DNA of 64,000 bases from Obrimoposthia wandeli. Lineage: Eukaryota. The DNA lies in the NCBI GenBank assembly GCA_977020255.1, contig CDROCS010003840.1, positions 186,001 to 250,000 of the forward strand. Direction: 5' to 3'. Below, in pieces: positions 30,869 through 41,379 of the stretch; the stretch's first letter is position 1, and each line of letters starts with the position of its first letter. The translations under genes and the position numbers were made by a program. A model generated the notes under the pieces. The model worked only from the letters and a program-made list of their open reading frames with translations, had not been told where the DNA came from and searched no databases.

Positions 30869-32467
30869 TTATTGGCTGCTTAGGTTAGTCATTTGTTGTT
30901 CATTTAAGCTGTGTGCTTTACGAATTGCGGCAATAACAGCTTGTGCTTTACCACGCGTTTCGTCAGCTTCAGCTTGGGGAATCGAGTCGTACACGACACC
31001 AGCACCAGCTTGAACACTTGCAATTCCGTTTTCAACATAAGCTGAACGAATCACGATACAGGTGTCCATATCGCCATGACCCGTCAAGTAACCCACTGCG
31101 CCACCATAGCTACCACGACGACGTTGCTCTACATCACGAATAAGCTGCATGGCACGAATCTTTGGTGCACCTGTTAAAGTGCCCATATTCATACATGCTT
31201 GGTAAGCATGTAATGCATCGAGATCACTGCGTAGTTGTCCTACAACACGAGAAACTAAATGCATCACGTGGCTGTAACGGTCTACTTTTAGTAGATCGGC
31301 TACATAGCGGCTACCCGGTTCACTGATACGTGCAACATCGTTACGCGCTAAATCAACCAGCATCATGTGTTCTGCGTTTTCTTTCAAGTCGCTGCGCAAT
31401 TCAAGTTCAATACGCGCATCTAAATCCAGATTAATCGAACCATCTACATTCTTTCCGCGATGGCGTGTGCCTGCGATAGGGTAAATCTCGACTTGGTTGC
31501 TTTCTGTACAGTATTTCAGTGCGCTTTCTGGCGAAGCACCAAATAAGGTGAATTCTGAATCTTGTAAGAAGAACATATACGGGCTTGGGTTACCGATTTT
31601 AAGCTCTTTATAAGCAACAAGCGGTGAAGGGCAAGGCAACGTGAATTGACGAGAAGGCACCACTTGGAATACATCACCACGAATGACGTATTGCTTCAAA
31701 TCTGTCACTGTTTGGCAGAAGTCTTTATCACTGATGCTAGCTACTGGCTCACAACGTTCAAGAAGCTCTGCTGCTGGAACAGGTTTAGGATCTAGGCAGG
31801 CTTCTTTAATATGCTGTAAACGGCGGCTTAATTCAAAGTAGCTAGCGGTGTATTGCTCACCACCAAACAAGGTGGCTTGAAGTTTACCCTTACGGCGCTG
31901 GTGGTCGATAACCAATAACGTTTCAGCAATATAGAACAGGTAATCAGGGCAGTTATTGTCTTGTGTTACATCGGGCAGTGGCTCAAAGCCTGCGACTAAG
32001 TCGTAAGCGAACAAACCCCCTAAAAATAATGCATCACGAGGGTGAGCCGATGTATCGAAGGCATGTTGAATCATGCGTAGCGCATCAAAAGACGACGTTT
32101 GACGTAAACGGCTGTCTTCATCGAGTGTGCGTTCATCGGTTGGGAAGTGTAAAACTAAACAACGCGCTTCACGCTTAACGGTAATATCGTTGGTAACGAC
32201 GTTTTCGATAGTTTGAAGTACGCATAAGCCATTATCGGTTAATGCTTCAAGACGTACCTCTTTACCTCTGCATACAATGCGTACCGCAGCATCAACTAAC
32301 ATTAAACTTTGAAGATCTTTCTTAGAATCGACTTCTGCCGACTCTAACAATAGGTTATGTGGGCGATTACCACATACGGAGTAATATAATTCCGTTGGAT
32401 CTGCTACATAAGGTACATCAAGGCTAAGGACTTCTAATTCACCAGCACCTAATGGGGTAGTATTCAC
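30869..32467 (-). CDS. trpE: anthranilate synthase component I
   Basis: LLESAE, NPSPYMF, YPIAGTR, AEHMMLVDLARND, GTLTGAPK; GTG start overlaps upstream TGA. Confidence 0.97.
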   Translation of the reverse strand: MNTTPLGAGELEVLSLDVPYVADPTELYYSVCGNRPHNLLLESAEVDSKKDLQSLMLVDAAVRIVCRGKEVRLEALTDNGLCVLQTIENVVTNDITVKREARCLVLHFPTDERTLDEDSRLRQTSSFDALRMIQHAFDTSAHPRDALFLGGLFAYDLVAGFEPLPDVTQDNNCPDYLFYIAETLLVIDHQRRKGKLQATLFGGEQYTASYFELSRRLQHIKEACLDPKPVPAAELLERCEPVASISDKDFCQTVTDLKQYVIRGDVFQVVPSRQFTLPCPSPLVAYKELKIGNPSPYMFFLQDSEFTLFGASPESALKYCTESNQVEIYPIAGTRHRGKNVDGSINLDLDARIELELRSDLKENAEHMMLVDLARNDVARISEPGSRYVADLLKVDRYSHVMHLVSRVVGQLRSDLDALHAYQACMNMGTLTGAPKIRAMQLIRDVEQRRRGSYGGAVGYLTGHGDMDTCIVIRSAYVENGIASVQAGAGVVYDSIPQAEADETRGKAQAVIAAIRKAHSLNEQQMTNLSSQ

Positions 32468-33477
32468 AGCGTTCTCCCTGCCGCTTCTACAAACGGTTTT
32501 AGTTCTTGCATTAACTGCTCAAACATTGGTCCTGTAAGCGCTTGGTGCCCATCAGATAATGCTTCACACGGGTTAAGGTGCGATTCTACGATGATGCCAT
32601 CAGCGCCAACTGCAGCAGCTGCACGAGAAAGTGGGATAACCAATTCACGTACACCAGTTCCATGGCTTGGATCAACGACTACCGGAAGGTGAGTACGTTG
32701 CTTCAAATAAGCCACTGCATTTAAATCCAATGTATTACGTGTTGCAGTTTCAAAAGTACGAATACCACGTTCACACAAGATAATATTGGGATTACCTGCA
32801 TCGTAAATGTATTCCGCAGCCAGCAACAACTCCTCGATAGTGGCTGAAAGTCCGCGTTTGAGCAAGACCGGTTTTTTACTTTCGCCCACCGCTTTTAATA
32901 ATGCGTAGTTTTGCATATTTCGCGCGCCAATCTGTAGGCAGTCAACATATTCACACAGTGATTCAACTTGGCTCACTTCCATGACTTCAGAAACAGTGGG
33001 AATGTTGAATTCTTTATTGGCTTTTTGTAATAATTTCAAGCCTTCAATACCCATACCTTGGAAATCATATGGGCTGGTGCGCGGCTTATAAGCACCGCCA
33101 CGTAAAGCAACTGCACCGTGCTTTTTAACCACTTCAGCAACAGCCATTAACTGTGCTTCAGATTCAACCGAACAAGGGCCAGCGATAACCGCGAATTTGT
33201 TGCCACCGACAGAAGCATTACCAAAGCGAACAACGGTATCGTGTGCTTGTACTTCACGGCTAACCATTTTGTATTTGGTTAAAATAGGTTTCACTGTTTC
33301 AACGCATGGGTAAGCATCTAGATTCAATTGTTGTAAAACACGTTCATCGCCTAATGCGCCTAATACGATACGTTCAACACCCGGCATATATAAAGGCTTT
33401 AGGCCTGATGCTTCAATGCGGCTTAAGATTTCTTTAGCTTGTGCTTCTGTTGCTTTAGGCTTTAGTACGATAATCAT
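32464..33477 (-). CDS. aroF: 3-deoxy-7-phosphoheptulonate (DAHP) synthase, type I-beta, with N-terminal regulatory domain
   Basis: [56 protein letters not shown]; ~70-aa N-terminal ACT/ferredoxin-like extension. Confidence 0.93.
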   Translation of the reverse strand: MIIVLKPKATEAQAKEILSRIEASGLKPLYMPGVERIVLGALGDERVLQQLNLDAYPCVETVKPILTKYKMVSREVQAHDTVVRFGNASVGGNKFAVIAGPCSVESEAQLMAVAEVVKKHGAVALRGGAYKPRTSPYDFQGMGIEGLKLLQKANKEFNIPTVSEVMEVSQVESLCEYVDCLQIGARNMQNYALLKAVGESKKPVLLKRGLSATIEELLLAAEYIYDAGNPNIILCERGIRTFETATRNTLDLNAVAYLKQRTHLPVVVDPSHGTGVRELVIPLSRAAAAVGADGIIVESHLNPCEALSDGHQALTGPMFEQLMQELKPFVEAAGRTL

Positions 33478-33558
33478 GTCTCGATCCTTTGGAATTTGAT
33501 GCTTTTACTCTTGAGTAATTCTGGCATCACACTGATAACTTATTTGAAATTTTGGTAT

Positions 33559-33583
33559 AAAAAAGCCCGCATCTGGCGGGCTT
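33559..33583 (-). terminator. trp attenuator terminator
   Basis: Minus strand AAGCCCGC-CAGAT-GCGGGCTT-TTTT; leader segment CGGGTT (33620-33625) can pair with AGCCCG as antiterminator. Confidence 0.9.
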
Positions 33584-33613
33584 ATGTCTATTCTGTCCGT
33601 TAGGAACAGCAAA

Positions 33614-33691
33614 TCACACAACCCGTATAGAGAAGTGCCACCACCATGAGATGAAGAAAGCGCGAAGCTGTCGGTTAATTTGCTGTAACAT
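33614..33691 (-). CDS. trpL: trp operon leader peptide MLQQINRQLRAFFISWWWHFSIRVV
   Basis: Hand-translated 25-aa ORF with three consecutive TGG codons, between promoter and attenuator. Confidence 0.92.
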   Translation of the reverse strand: MLQQINRQLRAFFISWWWHFSIRVV

Positions 33692-33730
33692 GTAAAAGTC
33701 CTGTTCTGTAGAGTCTTACAACGGGTAATT

Positions 33731-33766
33731 GCGTACTAGTAAACTAGTTCGCCAATGTAAAGTCAA
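33731..33766 (-). promoter_or_regulatory. trp promoter with overlapping TrpR operator
   Basis: Minus strand TTGACT-17 nt-TTTACT; operator CGAACTAGTTTACTAGTACG nearly identical to E. coli trpO. Confidence 0.9.
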
Positions 33767-33788
33767 GAGATAAGTCAGAAATAAAATT

Positions 33789-34682
33789 ATGTTATTTGAT
33801 TTACACAGCCACACCACAGCATCTGATGGGTGCTTATCGCCAGAAGAATTGTTGAAACGAGCCGTTGAACGTAGAGTTGATGCGCTTGCGATAACCGATC
33901 ACGATACGGTGGAAGCGCTATTGCCTGCTCAACGCATCATTGATGAACAAGAGTTACCTATAACTCTGATCAAAGGCATTGAAATATCTACGCTTTGGAG
34001 TAACTTTGATATTCACATCGTGGGGTTGAATATTGATTCTGAGCACCCTGCATTAACCACGCTTATTCAAGAGCAAGCCGATCGTCGTACCGCAAGGGCG
34101 CTAGAGATGGCAGAGCGATTGGCGAGAAATAATATGCCTGGCGCTTATGAAGGCGCAATGGCATTGGCGAATGGCGCAACGATCACGCGAGCTCATTTTG
34201 CGCGTTGGATTGTTGGGCAAGGTTATGCCAAAAACATGCAGGCAGTATTTAAAAAATTCTTAACACGGGGAAATCCGGGTTATGTGCCGCCAGCTTGGTG
34301 CTCGATTGCAGATGCAGTCGCTGTTATTCATGCCGCTGGTGGTCAAGCTGTCCTTGCGCATCCTGGTCGCTATAAAATGACGGCAAAATGGTTAAAGCGA
34401 CTTTTAGCTACTTTTGTTGAAGCGAAAGGTGATGCAATGGAAGTTGCTCAGCCACAGCAAGGACAACAAGAACGTCGCACCTTAGGGGATTATGCGATCA
34501 CTTATAATTTACTTGCTTCTCAAGGCTCTGATTTCCATTACCCGTCTCCTTGGACGGAATTAGGTCGTAATTTGTGGTTACCTAAAGGCGTAACAGAAGT
34601 GTGGCTTGATTGGGATGTTGAAAAGAAGCGAGTTGATGAGGCGGTATCGGCAGATCCGACATCGCCATCGGAGGATAAATGA
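33789..34682 (+). CDS. yciV: PHP-domain protein (YciV/TrpH, RNase AM-like)
   Basis: [27 protein letters not shown]; conserved position divergent from trp. Confidence 0.92.
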   Translation: MLFDLHSHTTASDGCLSPEELLKRAVERRVDALAITDHDTVEALLPAQRIIDEQELPITLIKGIEISTLWSNFDIHIVGLNIDSEHPALTTLIQEQADRRTARALEMAERLARNNMPGAYEGAMALANGATITRAHFARWIVGQGYAKNMQAVFKKFLTRGNPGYVPPAWCSIADAVAVIHAAGGQAVLAHPGRYKMTAKWLKRLLATFVEAKGDAMEVAQPQQGQQERRTLGDYAITYNLLASQGSDFHYPSPWTELGRNLWLPKGVTEVWLDWDVEKKRVDEAVSADPTSPSEDK

Positions 34683-35299
34683 GCCAGTTTTTTTATGTTC
34701 ACCCTGAAACGCCGCAAGCCCGTTTAATGACGCAGGCGGTTGCGATTATTCGTAATGGTGGCGTAGTCGTGTATCCAACCGATTCAGGGTATGCATTGGG
34801 TTGTCAGCTTGAAAACAAACAAGCACTTGAGCGTATTTGTCAGATCCGCCGACTAAACGATAAGCACAATTTCACATTGTTGTGCCGTGATCTGTCTGAA
34901 ATTGCTAACTATGCACGTGTTGATAATACAGCATTCCGTTTGTTACGTAGCAATACACCAGGTGCATACACGTTTATTTTCAAAGGTACGAAAGAAGTAC
35001 CACGCCGTTTAATGAACCCGAAACGTAAAACTATTGGTATCCGTATTCCTGATAATGCTATTGCTTTAGCCTTGCTGGAAGAACTGGGTGAGCCATTAAT
35101 GTCGACCAGTTTGATTTTACCGAACAGCGATGTTGCTGAATCTGACCCTGAAGATATCCGTGATAAGTTAGAGCATGCGGTTGATTTAATCATGAATGGT
35201 GGTTATTTAGGCGAGCAACCTACCACGGTGATTGATTTTAGTAATGATGAAATGGAAGTACTACGAGTGGGTGCGGGCGATCCTGCACCTTTTAGTTAA
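34679..35299 (+). CDS. yciO: Sua5/YciO/YrdC family protein
   Basis: [28 protein letters not shown]. Confidence 0.94.
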   Translation: MSQFFYVHPETPQARLMTQAVAIIRNGGVVVYPTDSGYALGCQLENKQALERICQIRRLNDKHNFTLLCRDLSEIANYARVDNTAFRLLRSNTPGAYTFIFKGTKEVPRRLMNPKRKTIGIRIPDNAIALALLEELGEPLMSTSLILPNSDVAESDPEDIRDKLEHAVDLIMNGGYLGEQPTTVIDFSNDEMEVLRVGAGDPAPFS

Positions 35300-35473
35300 T
35301 ACCTCTATTATTTTCTGTTTGAATACGTATCTGTAAATTGATAGTCAGCTAGACTATCTTTCAGATAGCGTATGAGTGAATACTTTGGCATAATATGCGG
35401 CTATCTTTAAGATGGCTTAAAGTGTTCTGATGAGTATTTCGACGCCTGTGAAGGCGACAAAGGTTTGTCTATA

Positions 35474-36601
35474 ATGAGTGAAAAGTTACAGAAGGTGCTA
35501 GCGCGTGCTGGCCAAGGGTCTCGTCGTGAGATCGAATTAATGATTCAAAGCGGTCGTGTGAGCATTGACGGCGTAGTCGCGAAACTGGGTGATCGTCTAG
35601 ACGATTTATCTGTTCTCGTACGTCTTGATGGTCACAAGGTTGAACTGGTTTCACCTGCTGATGAAGTGTGTCGTGTTCTTGCTTATAACAAACCTGAAGG
35701 TGAGTTATGTACGCGCCACGATCCGGAAGGTCGCCGAACTGTATTTGATCGTTTACCTCGCCTAACAAGTGGCCGTTGGGTCTCTGTTGGTCGATTGGAT
35801 GCAAATACCTCAGGTCTATTGCTATTTACCACTGATGGTGAATTAGCTAACCGCCTGATGCACCCAAGCCGAAGCGTTGAACGTGAATACATGGTTCGCG
35901 TTTTCGGTGAAATTAACGAAAAGATGGTTAAGAACCTAGTTCAAGGTGTTGAACTAGAAGATGGTATGGCACGTTTCGAAGACGTTATGTATTCTGGCGG
36001 TGAAGGTATGAACCATACTTTCTACGTTGTAATTACAGAAGGCCGTAACCGTGAAGTTCGTCGTTTGTGGGATTCACAAGGCGTAACAGTCAGTCGTCTA
36101 AAGCGTGTACGTTATGGTGATATCTATCTAACGAAAGACATGCCTCGTGGCGGTTGGATGGAGCTCGAGCTGAAAGAAGTTAACTATCTTCGTGAAGTGG
36201 TAGAGCTTGAAGCTGAAGAAAACACAATGTTGACGGTCGAAGGCCTGAAACGTAAACGTGGTGTTCGTCAGATTCGTCGTGCTGTACGTCGTCACGAAGA
36301 GCGTGTTACTGAAACACCTCGCGGTCGTCGTGGTCGTACGAGTAACCCTGATGAGCGTCGTTCTTCAACGCGCAACAGTGAAGCTGAAGGTACCAATGCA
36401 CCTGCTGCTGGGAAGCGTAAGCCGTCAGGTAAACCTTCAACGGCTAAGCCGACACGTGGCAAGCCGTCTGCTGGTAAGCCTGCGCAAGGCAATCGTCGTA
36501 AAACAGACGAAAGCAATGAGCCTGCAGGAAAGCGTAAACCTTCGGGTAATGGTGCTCAACGCCGCAACCCGTTAGTGGCTAAACCACGTACGCGCCAATA
36601 A
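35474..36601 (+). CDS. rluB: 23S rRNA pseudouridine synthase B with long basic C-terminal tail
   Basis: [14 protein letters not shown]4 domain, [21 protein letters not shown]. Confidence 0.95.
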   Translation: MSEKLQKVLARAGQGSRREIELMIQSGRVSIDGVVAKLGDRLDDLSVLVRLDGHKVELVSPADEVCRVLAYNKPEGELCTRHDPEGRRTVFDRLPRLTSGRWVSVGRLDANTSGLLLFTTDGELANRLMHPSRSVEREYMVRVFGEINEKMVKNLVQGVELEDGMARFEDVMYSGGEGMNHTFYVVITEGRNREVRRLWDSQGVTVSRLKRVRYGDIYLTKDMPRGGWMELELKEVNYLREVVELEAEENTMLTVEGLKRKRGVRQIRRAVRRHEERVTETPRGRRGRTSNPDERRSSTRNSEAEGTNAPAAGKRKPSGKPSTAKPTRGKPSAGKPAQGNRRKTDESNEPAGKRKPSGNGAQRRNPLVAKPRTRQ

Positions 36602-36634
36602 GCTTCGTCTTAGTAAACAGACATCATAAAGCCG

Positions 36635-36646
36635 ACGTTAATACGT
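36635..36646. repeat. left target-site duplication ACGTTAATACGT
   Basis: Identical to 37936-37947. Confidence 0.92.
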
Positions 36647-37935
36647 TAATACTGATCGTTTAAGTGGACTTCAACGATCCTGTTGATTCATAATCGGTCT
36701 CAACTTTGTTTGAGGCCGATTTTTATGTCTGAGTTTTCTAACTACAGTTACTGCTGAACCCTTTGATAAAAATATACCAAGTGAATGGATAGAAGAAGCG
36801 GTACAGCAGACTGGCAGAGCTATTCGAAAACGTTTCCTGGTAGAGCAAGCAGTATGGCTTGTACTTTTGGGCTTATGAGAGATCGTTCAATTAGTGACGT
36901 ATGTGATAAGTTGAGCTTTTGGCGAACTCGACCCAGACAACGTATAGCGGAACCGTTACGTCATCTATTCCGCGACAGCGGCAGAATGGGAAAAAGAAGA
37001 TACCTCAGATACAGCATGCGGCTTAAAGTTATTGAGTGTTGATGGTACGCAGTTTAAAGCCCCGAAACGTCAAGTAATCAACAACTTGGTTATGCACAAA
37101 AAACAGGCGTCATTCACTTTAATGTCTACAAAAACACATTTAATTTCTGATGCCGCTTTTGGTCCCATTTCAAATAGTGAAATTTCTTATGCGCAACAAC
37201 TGGTTGGCTCAGCCCAAGATAATACACTAACGTTATTTGACCGTGGTTTTATGTCAGCAGAGCTATTTACTGCCTCGTGGTGCTGGAAAAAACACTCATT
37301 GGTTAATCCCAATAAAAGCCAAACTCAGGTATGAAGTTGTTGAGGAATACGCCGCATGACAAACTAATTAAAATGCCAGTATCCCCACAGGCCAAGAAAA
37401 ACACCCTTATCTGGATGATTTCTGGAATGCTGATTGGTCTTAATTCCAGATCCAAAAGGTGAAATAAAGGGCTTCATTACTTCTCTTGAAGATCCTCAGA
37501 AGTATCCCTAAAGGATATTGTTGATGTGTACTGGGATCGCTGGGAAATAGAGCAAAGCTACGGTGAGTTAAAGCAAGGTCAACTCAATAACAAAGCAATG
37601 TAGCCAAAGGTTGAAGGAGTCTATCAAGAGTTATTGGCCTAACTTCATACAACTTAGTCCGCCTTGATGAGTCGTATGGCACAATATCATAAAGTTGAGC
37701 CACTAAGAATCAGCTTTATCAATGCGTTAAGGTTAATACAGGACGAGTTTTTATGGTGCTCAGGAAGAACGCCGGGGAGGGACGGTACGAAAGCTTCAAA
37801 ATTTAAGAGAAAATGGAAAGCGATTAATACTGCCAAAGAAACGAAAACGAACATCTCCACCAAGGTGTGTGATTTATAAACCATCTCGTTATCCGTATAA
37901 AAAAAGAGCCGCTCGCTGTTAAGCGAGCGGCATTA
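36647..37935 (+). mobile_element. IS4-family insertion sequence (IS4 subgroup), degenerate, 1289 bp
   Basis: Imperfect terminal IRs TAATACTGATCGTTTAA / (rc) TAATGCCGCTCGCTTAA; flanked by a 12-bp direct repeat. Confidence 0.92.
36726..37900 (+). pseudogene. IS4 transposase pseudogene with multiple frameshifts and stops
   Basis: Fragments IPSEWIEEAV, SVDGTQF, LFDRGF, and YREK signature YWDRWEIEQSYGELK (37529-37573). Confidence 0.9.
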
Positions 37936-37947
37936 ACGTTAATACGT
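37936..37947. repeat. right target-site duplication ACGTTAATACGT
   Basis: Identical to 36635-36646. Confidence 0.92.
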
Positions 37948-37988
37948 CGGCTTTTTGTTGTCTTGTTCTATTTTAAATAGCGTTTAAT

Positions 37989-38732
37989 TTAGGCTTTTGG
38001 TTGTGCATCAATGCACTGACCATTCACATCTTTGCTTTCTGGACCCATTAAATAGAGGTACAGCGGCATAATGTATTTTGGTGTTTTTAATAAGCCTGAA
38101 TCTTCAGCTGGGAACGCTTTTGCGCGCATGCCTGTGCGTGTACCGCCTGGATTAATCGCATTGACGCGAACCGTTGTATTACACATCTCATTGGCTAAAA
38201 TTTCCATCATGCCTTCAGTCGCAAACTTTGACATAGAGTAGGCGCCCCAAAAAGCACGACCTTCATGACCGACTGTCGAAGAGGTGAAAATAATACGGCC
38301 ATCTTCAGATTTTTTGATCAGTGGCATGATCGCTTGAGTCATCAAAAACTGTGCTTTAACGTTAACGTGCATCACATCATCAAACGTATCTTCACCGAGT
38401 TGGTCGAATGGGCTTAATACGCCAAGTAAACTAGCATTGTGTAATACGCCATCTAAGCGTCCAAACTGCTCTGAAATGGTTTCAACCATATCAACATAGT
38501 GTTGCTTCGTTGCACCGCGTAAGTCGAGAGGGATAATCGCTGGTTGGTTGTAGCCTAGCGTTTCAATTTCATCATAAACAGCTTCAAGTTTCGCAACGGT
38601 ACGACCAAGCAAAATAACAGTTGCACCGTGTGCTGCATAACTAATGGCTGCTTGACGACCAATGCCATCACCCGCACCAGTGACCAGAATGACGCGATCT
38701 TTTAGAGAATCCACAGCGATTTGATATTCCAC
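37989..38732 (-). CDS. yciK: YciK-family short-chain dehydrogenase
   Basis: TGAGDGIG, HNAS, YSMSK, NPGGTRT; GTG start at 38732 chosen from SD (GGAAG). Confidence 0.92.
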   Translation of the reverse strand: MEYQIAVDSLKDRVILVTGAGDGIGRQAAISYAAHGATVILLGRTVAKLEAVYDEIETLGYNQPAIIPLDLRGATKQHYVDMVETISEQFGRLDGVLHNASLLGVLSPFDQLGEDTFDDVMHVNVKAQFLMTQAIMPLIKKSEDGRIIFTSSTVGHEGRAFWGAYSMSKFATEGMMEILANEMCNTTVRVNAINPGGTRTGMRAKAFPAEDSGLLKTPKYIMPLYLYLMGPESKDVNGQCIDAQPKA

Positions 38733-38949
38733 GTGTAACTTCCTTATTGGTTTGTCATTTTTATACCCAAGGCACTTCAACGGTTTATTCAATTGAAGGC
38801 TGAATTGCGCATCACTTAAAGTGGCTTGGAAACATTACTTTTTGTTTTTCTATTGTATTGCCATAGCGGTACAGGTGGCAACTTGGTTACAATGGGAAAA
38901 GACCATCATTCTGTGATTGGTATCAATTTATTAAAGCGAGGACTTAAGA

Positions 38950-40011
38950 TTGGAATTTTTGTTTGATTATGGGCTGTTCTTAGCCAAGATTGCGACAGTC
39001 GTTATTGCACTTGTCGGTATCCTTGTTTTAGCGAAAGGTTTAAACGGACGCCACGGTTCACAAAAGGGTGAATTAGAAGTCACAGACTTAACTGAGCAGT
39101 ATAAAGATACGGTTCATCAATTAGAAGAGCACTTATTTGATAAACCGTTATTGAAAGCACGTGATAAAGCGACAAAAAAAGCAGATAAAGAAAAAGATAA
39201 AGCACGTCAGAACGAAATTAAAAAAGCCGCTAAAGAAGGCGATTTGTCTCATGTTCGTGAAGCGCGTTTATTTGTCATCGATTTTCACGGCAGTATTGAT
39301 GCGCGTGAAGTCTCTTCTTTGCGTGAAGAAATCAGTGCAATTATTGCTGTTGCGATCGACGGTGATGAAGTATTGCTTCGCTTAGAAACGGGTGGCGGTA
39401 TGGTACATGGCTATGGTTTAGCGTCTTCACAACTTGATCGCTTGAAATCTGCGGGTATCAAGCTGACGATCTCTGTCGATAAAGTAGCAGCCAGTGGCGG
39501 TTACATGATGGCATGTGTGGCAGATAAAATCATTTCAGCGCCGTTTGCAATTGTGGGTTCTATTGGTGTTATTGCCCAGCTACCAAACTTTAGCAAAGTA
39601 CTGAAAAAGAATGATATTGAGTTTGAACAAATCACCGCAGGTGAGTTCAAGCGTACATTAACAATGTTTGGCGAAAATACTGATAAAGCCCGTGACAAAT
39701 TCCAAGTTGAAATTGAAGAAACTCACGGTTTATTTAAAGATTTTATTGCCATTCACCGCCCAGAGTTGGATCTTGAAAAAGTGGCAACCGGTGAGCATTG
39801 GTTTGGTAATCAAGCATTGAATCTAGGGCTTGTTGATCAAATTGGCACAAGTGATGATTTCATTACACATGCGTGTAAAGATCGTGAAGTATTAAATGTA
39901 CGTTTTGTTCAGCGCAAGAAACTGGCAGAAAAATTAGCGGGTGCAACGGGTGAAGCGGCAGATAACTTGTTATTGAAATGGGTGAGCCGCGGTCAACGTC
40001 CATTCATGTAA
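38950..40011 (+). CDS. sohB: S49 family protease SohB
   Basis: LETGGG, VAASGGYMMAC, GSIGV, TAGEFKRT, ATGEHW. Confidence 0.96.
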   Translation: MEFLFDYGLFLAKIATVVIALVGILVLAKGLNGRHGSQKGELEVTDLTEQYKDTVHQLEEHLFDKPLLKARDKATKKADKEKDKARQNEIKKAAKEGDLSHVREARLFVIDFHGSIDAREVSSLREEISAIIAVAIDGDEVLLRLETGGGMVHGYGLASSQLDRLKSAGIKLTISVDKVAASGGYMMACVADKIISAPFAIVGSIGVIAQLPNFSKVLKKNDIEFEQITAGEFKRTLTMFGENTDKARDKFQVEIEETHGLFKDFIAIHRPELDLEKVATGEHWFGNQALNLGLVDQIGTSDDFITHACKDREVLNVRFVQRKKLAEKLAGATGEAADNLLLKWVSRGQRPFM

Positions 40012-40104
40012 TATCTGATAGTGTATTGAGGGTTGGCATGCGTCTGACCCCCTGCATATCTTAAATAGTATTAGTTAAATAATTGTAGTTAATAAGGTTT
40101 TTCG

Positions 40105-40506
40105 ATGGATCAAAAGTGGGCGCTGTTTTCTTTTAAAGGTCGATTAAGACGGCGTGATTACTGGTTATATAGCTTGCCTGTTCTCTTGGTTACAATGCCA
40201 GTATTTTGGTATACGAACCCGAGTAATATGGGGAACAACCAAGCGCTGAATATACTGGCGATGATGATTTTATTTTTTGTATTTTGGGCATCATTGGCGC
40301 TGAATATTAAGCGGCTGCATGATCGTAATAAAAGCGCTTGGTGGGCGTTGTTGACCTTTGTACCTTTAATTGGTCCGGCCTTTGTTATTGTTGAGCTTGG
40401 TATGCTCGACGGTATAAAAGGAGACAACCAATACGGTCCGGATCCAAAAGGTCGTTTTACCCCAACGAAAGATGATAAAAAAGAGACAATAACCATCGAC
40501 ATGTAA
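40105..40506 (+). CDS. DUF805 membrane protein
   Basis: FSFKGRLRRRDYW, KRLHDRNKSAWW, NQYGPDP. Confidence 0.9.
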   Translation: MDQKWALFSFKGRLRRRDYWLYSLPVLLVTMPVFWYTNPSNMGNNQALNILAMMILFFVFWASLALNIKRLHDRNKSAWWALLTFVPLIGPAFVIVELGMLDGIKGDNQYGPDPKGRFTPTKDDKKETITIDM

Positions 40507-40529
40507 ATCGTTTAAACACTTTTTTATTG

Positions 40530-40562
40530 AAAAATAACCCGCTTATTGGCGGGTTATTTTTT
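40530..40562. terminator. bidirectional terminator
   Basis: AAAAATAACCCGC-TTATTG-GCGGGTTATTTTT. Confidence 0.85.
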
Positions 40563-40659
40563 GATTTTTAAGGTAAAAATCCGCAAAAAGAAACGTTGTT
40601 TTTTATTGTATAACAACGTTTTTTTTTATAATCCCTTGCGTCAACAAACAATTTACGGC

Positions 40660-40908
40660 TTAATCTTGCAAAGTAAACTCGGGTGACAACTTATGCGCTA
40701 GGTATTTAAACATGTTAAATACTGCTGTTGTATTGATGGTTGGAAGACCATTGTCATCGAGGAAATATTCACCTTTAAATACCAGCACATCAGCTTTTTC
40801 TTCAACGGATGTTGCTCGCATGCCTGAAATGTAGGCATCGTGATCTTGAATCAGTTGATTGGCGATCAGTAAAAGGCTGTCTTGGGGAATTGATTTTTTA
40901 TCGCTCAT
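40660..40908 (-). CDS. yciN: YciN family protein
   Basis: LVFKGEYFLD...TAVFNMFKYLAH; divergent from topA. Confidence 0.88.
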   Translation of the reverse strand: MSDKKSIPQDSLLLIANQLIQDHDAYISGMRATSVEEKADVLVFKGEYFLDDNGLPTINTTAVFNMFKYLAHKLSPEFTLQD

Positions 40909-41379
40909 GATGAATGACGTCTCTGGAAGAAATACGTCATTAGTTTATTCATCTTGTTTGGATAAAACAAATCCTTAATAACGCTGGGTATATTTTCATT
41001 CAAATGTTGAATAGCGATTAAACAAAAAGCAATTACGGGTAAATTCTGTGAGCTATGACTAAAAATCACCGTTGTGAATAGTCAAAGGCTGTTGTGAGGT
41101 GGTAATGATTAGCGCCTTTAATTACTTCATCTACTCTCTATATAGTGAAGTTTTAAACAGAATTTTTACTAATTAAAAGTGGGTTTTTGATTTTTAACGT
41201 ATCATTAACAACTGTAGAAGGGGCGAGCAAACAGTTCGTTTTTCTTAAAAACCAGTTGACCTTCTTGAATAGTAGCCCAATATTGTAATAGTGTTGACGT
41301 GCCAATTTTCTTTTTTTTAGCATGCAACTTTTTGTTTTTATTTAAAATTTAGCGAGCACGAGGACGTAATAGAGTCATT

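Noticed and set aside
36785-37884. ORF-track proteins at 36785, 37032, 37664 and 37687 as independent genes
   Set aside because: Fragments or shadows of the frameshifted IS4 transposase.
36647-37935. IS4-mediated deletion of btuR (found between rluB and yciK in E. coli)
   Set aside because: The intact 12-bp target duplication and reconstructable terminator show a clean insertion with no deletion.
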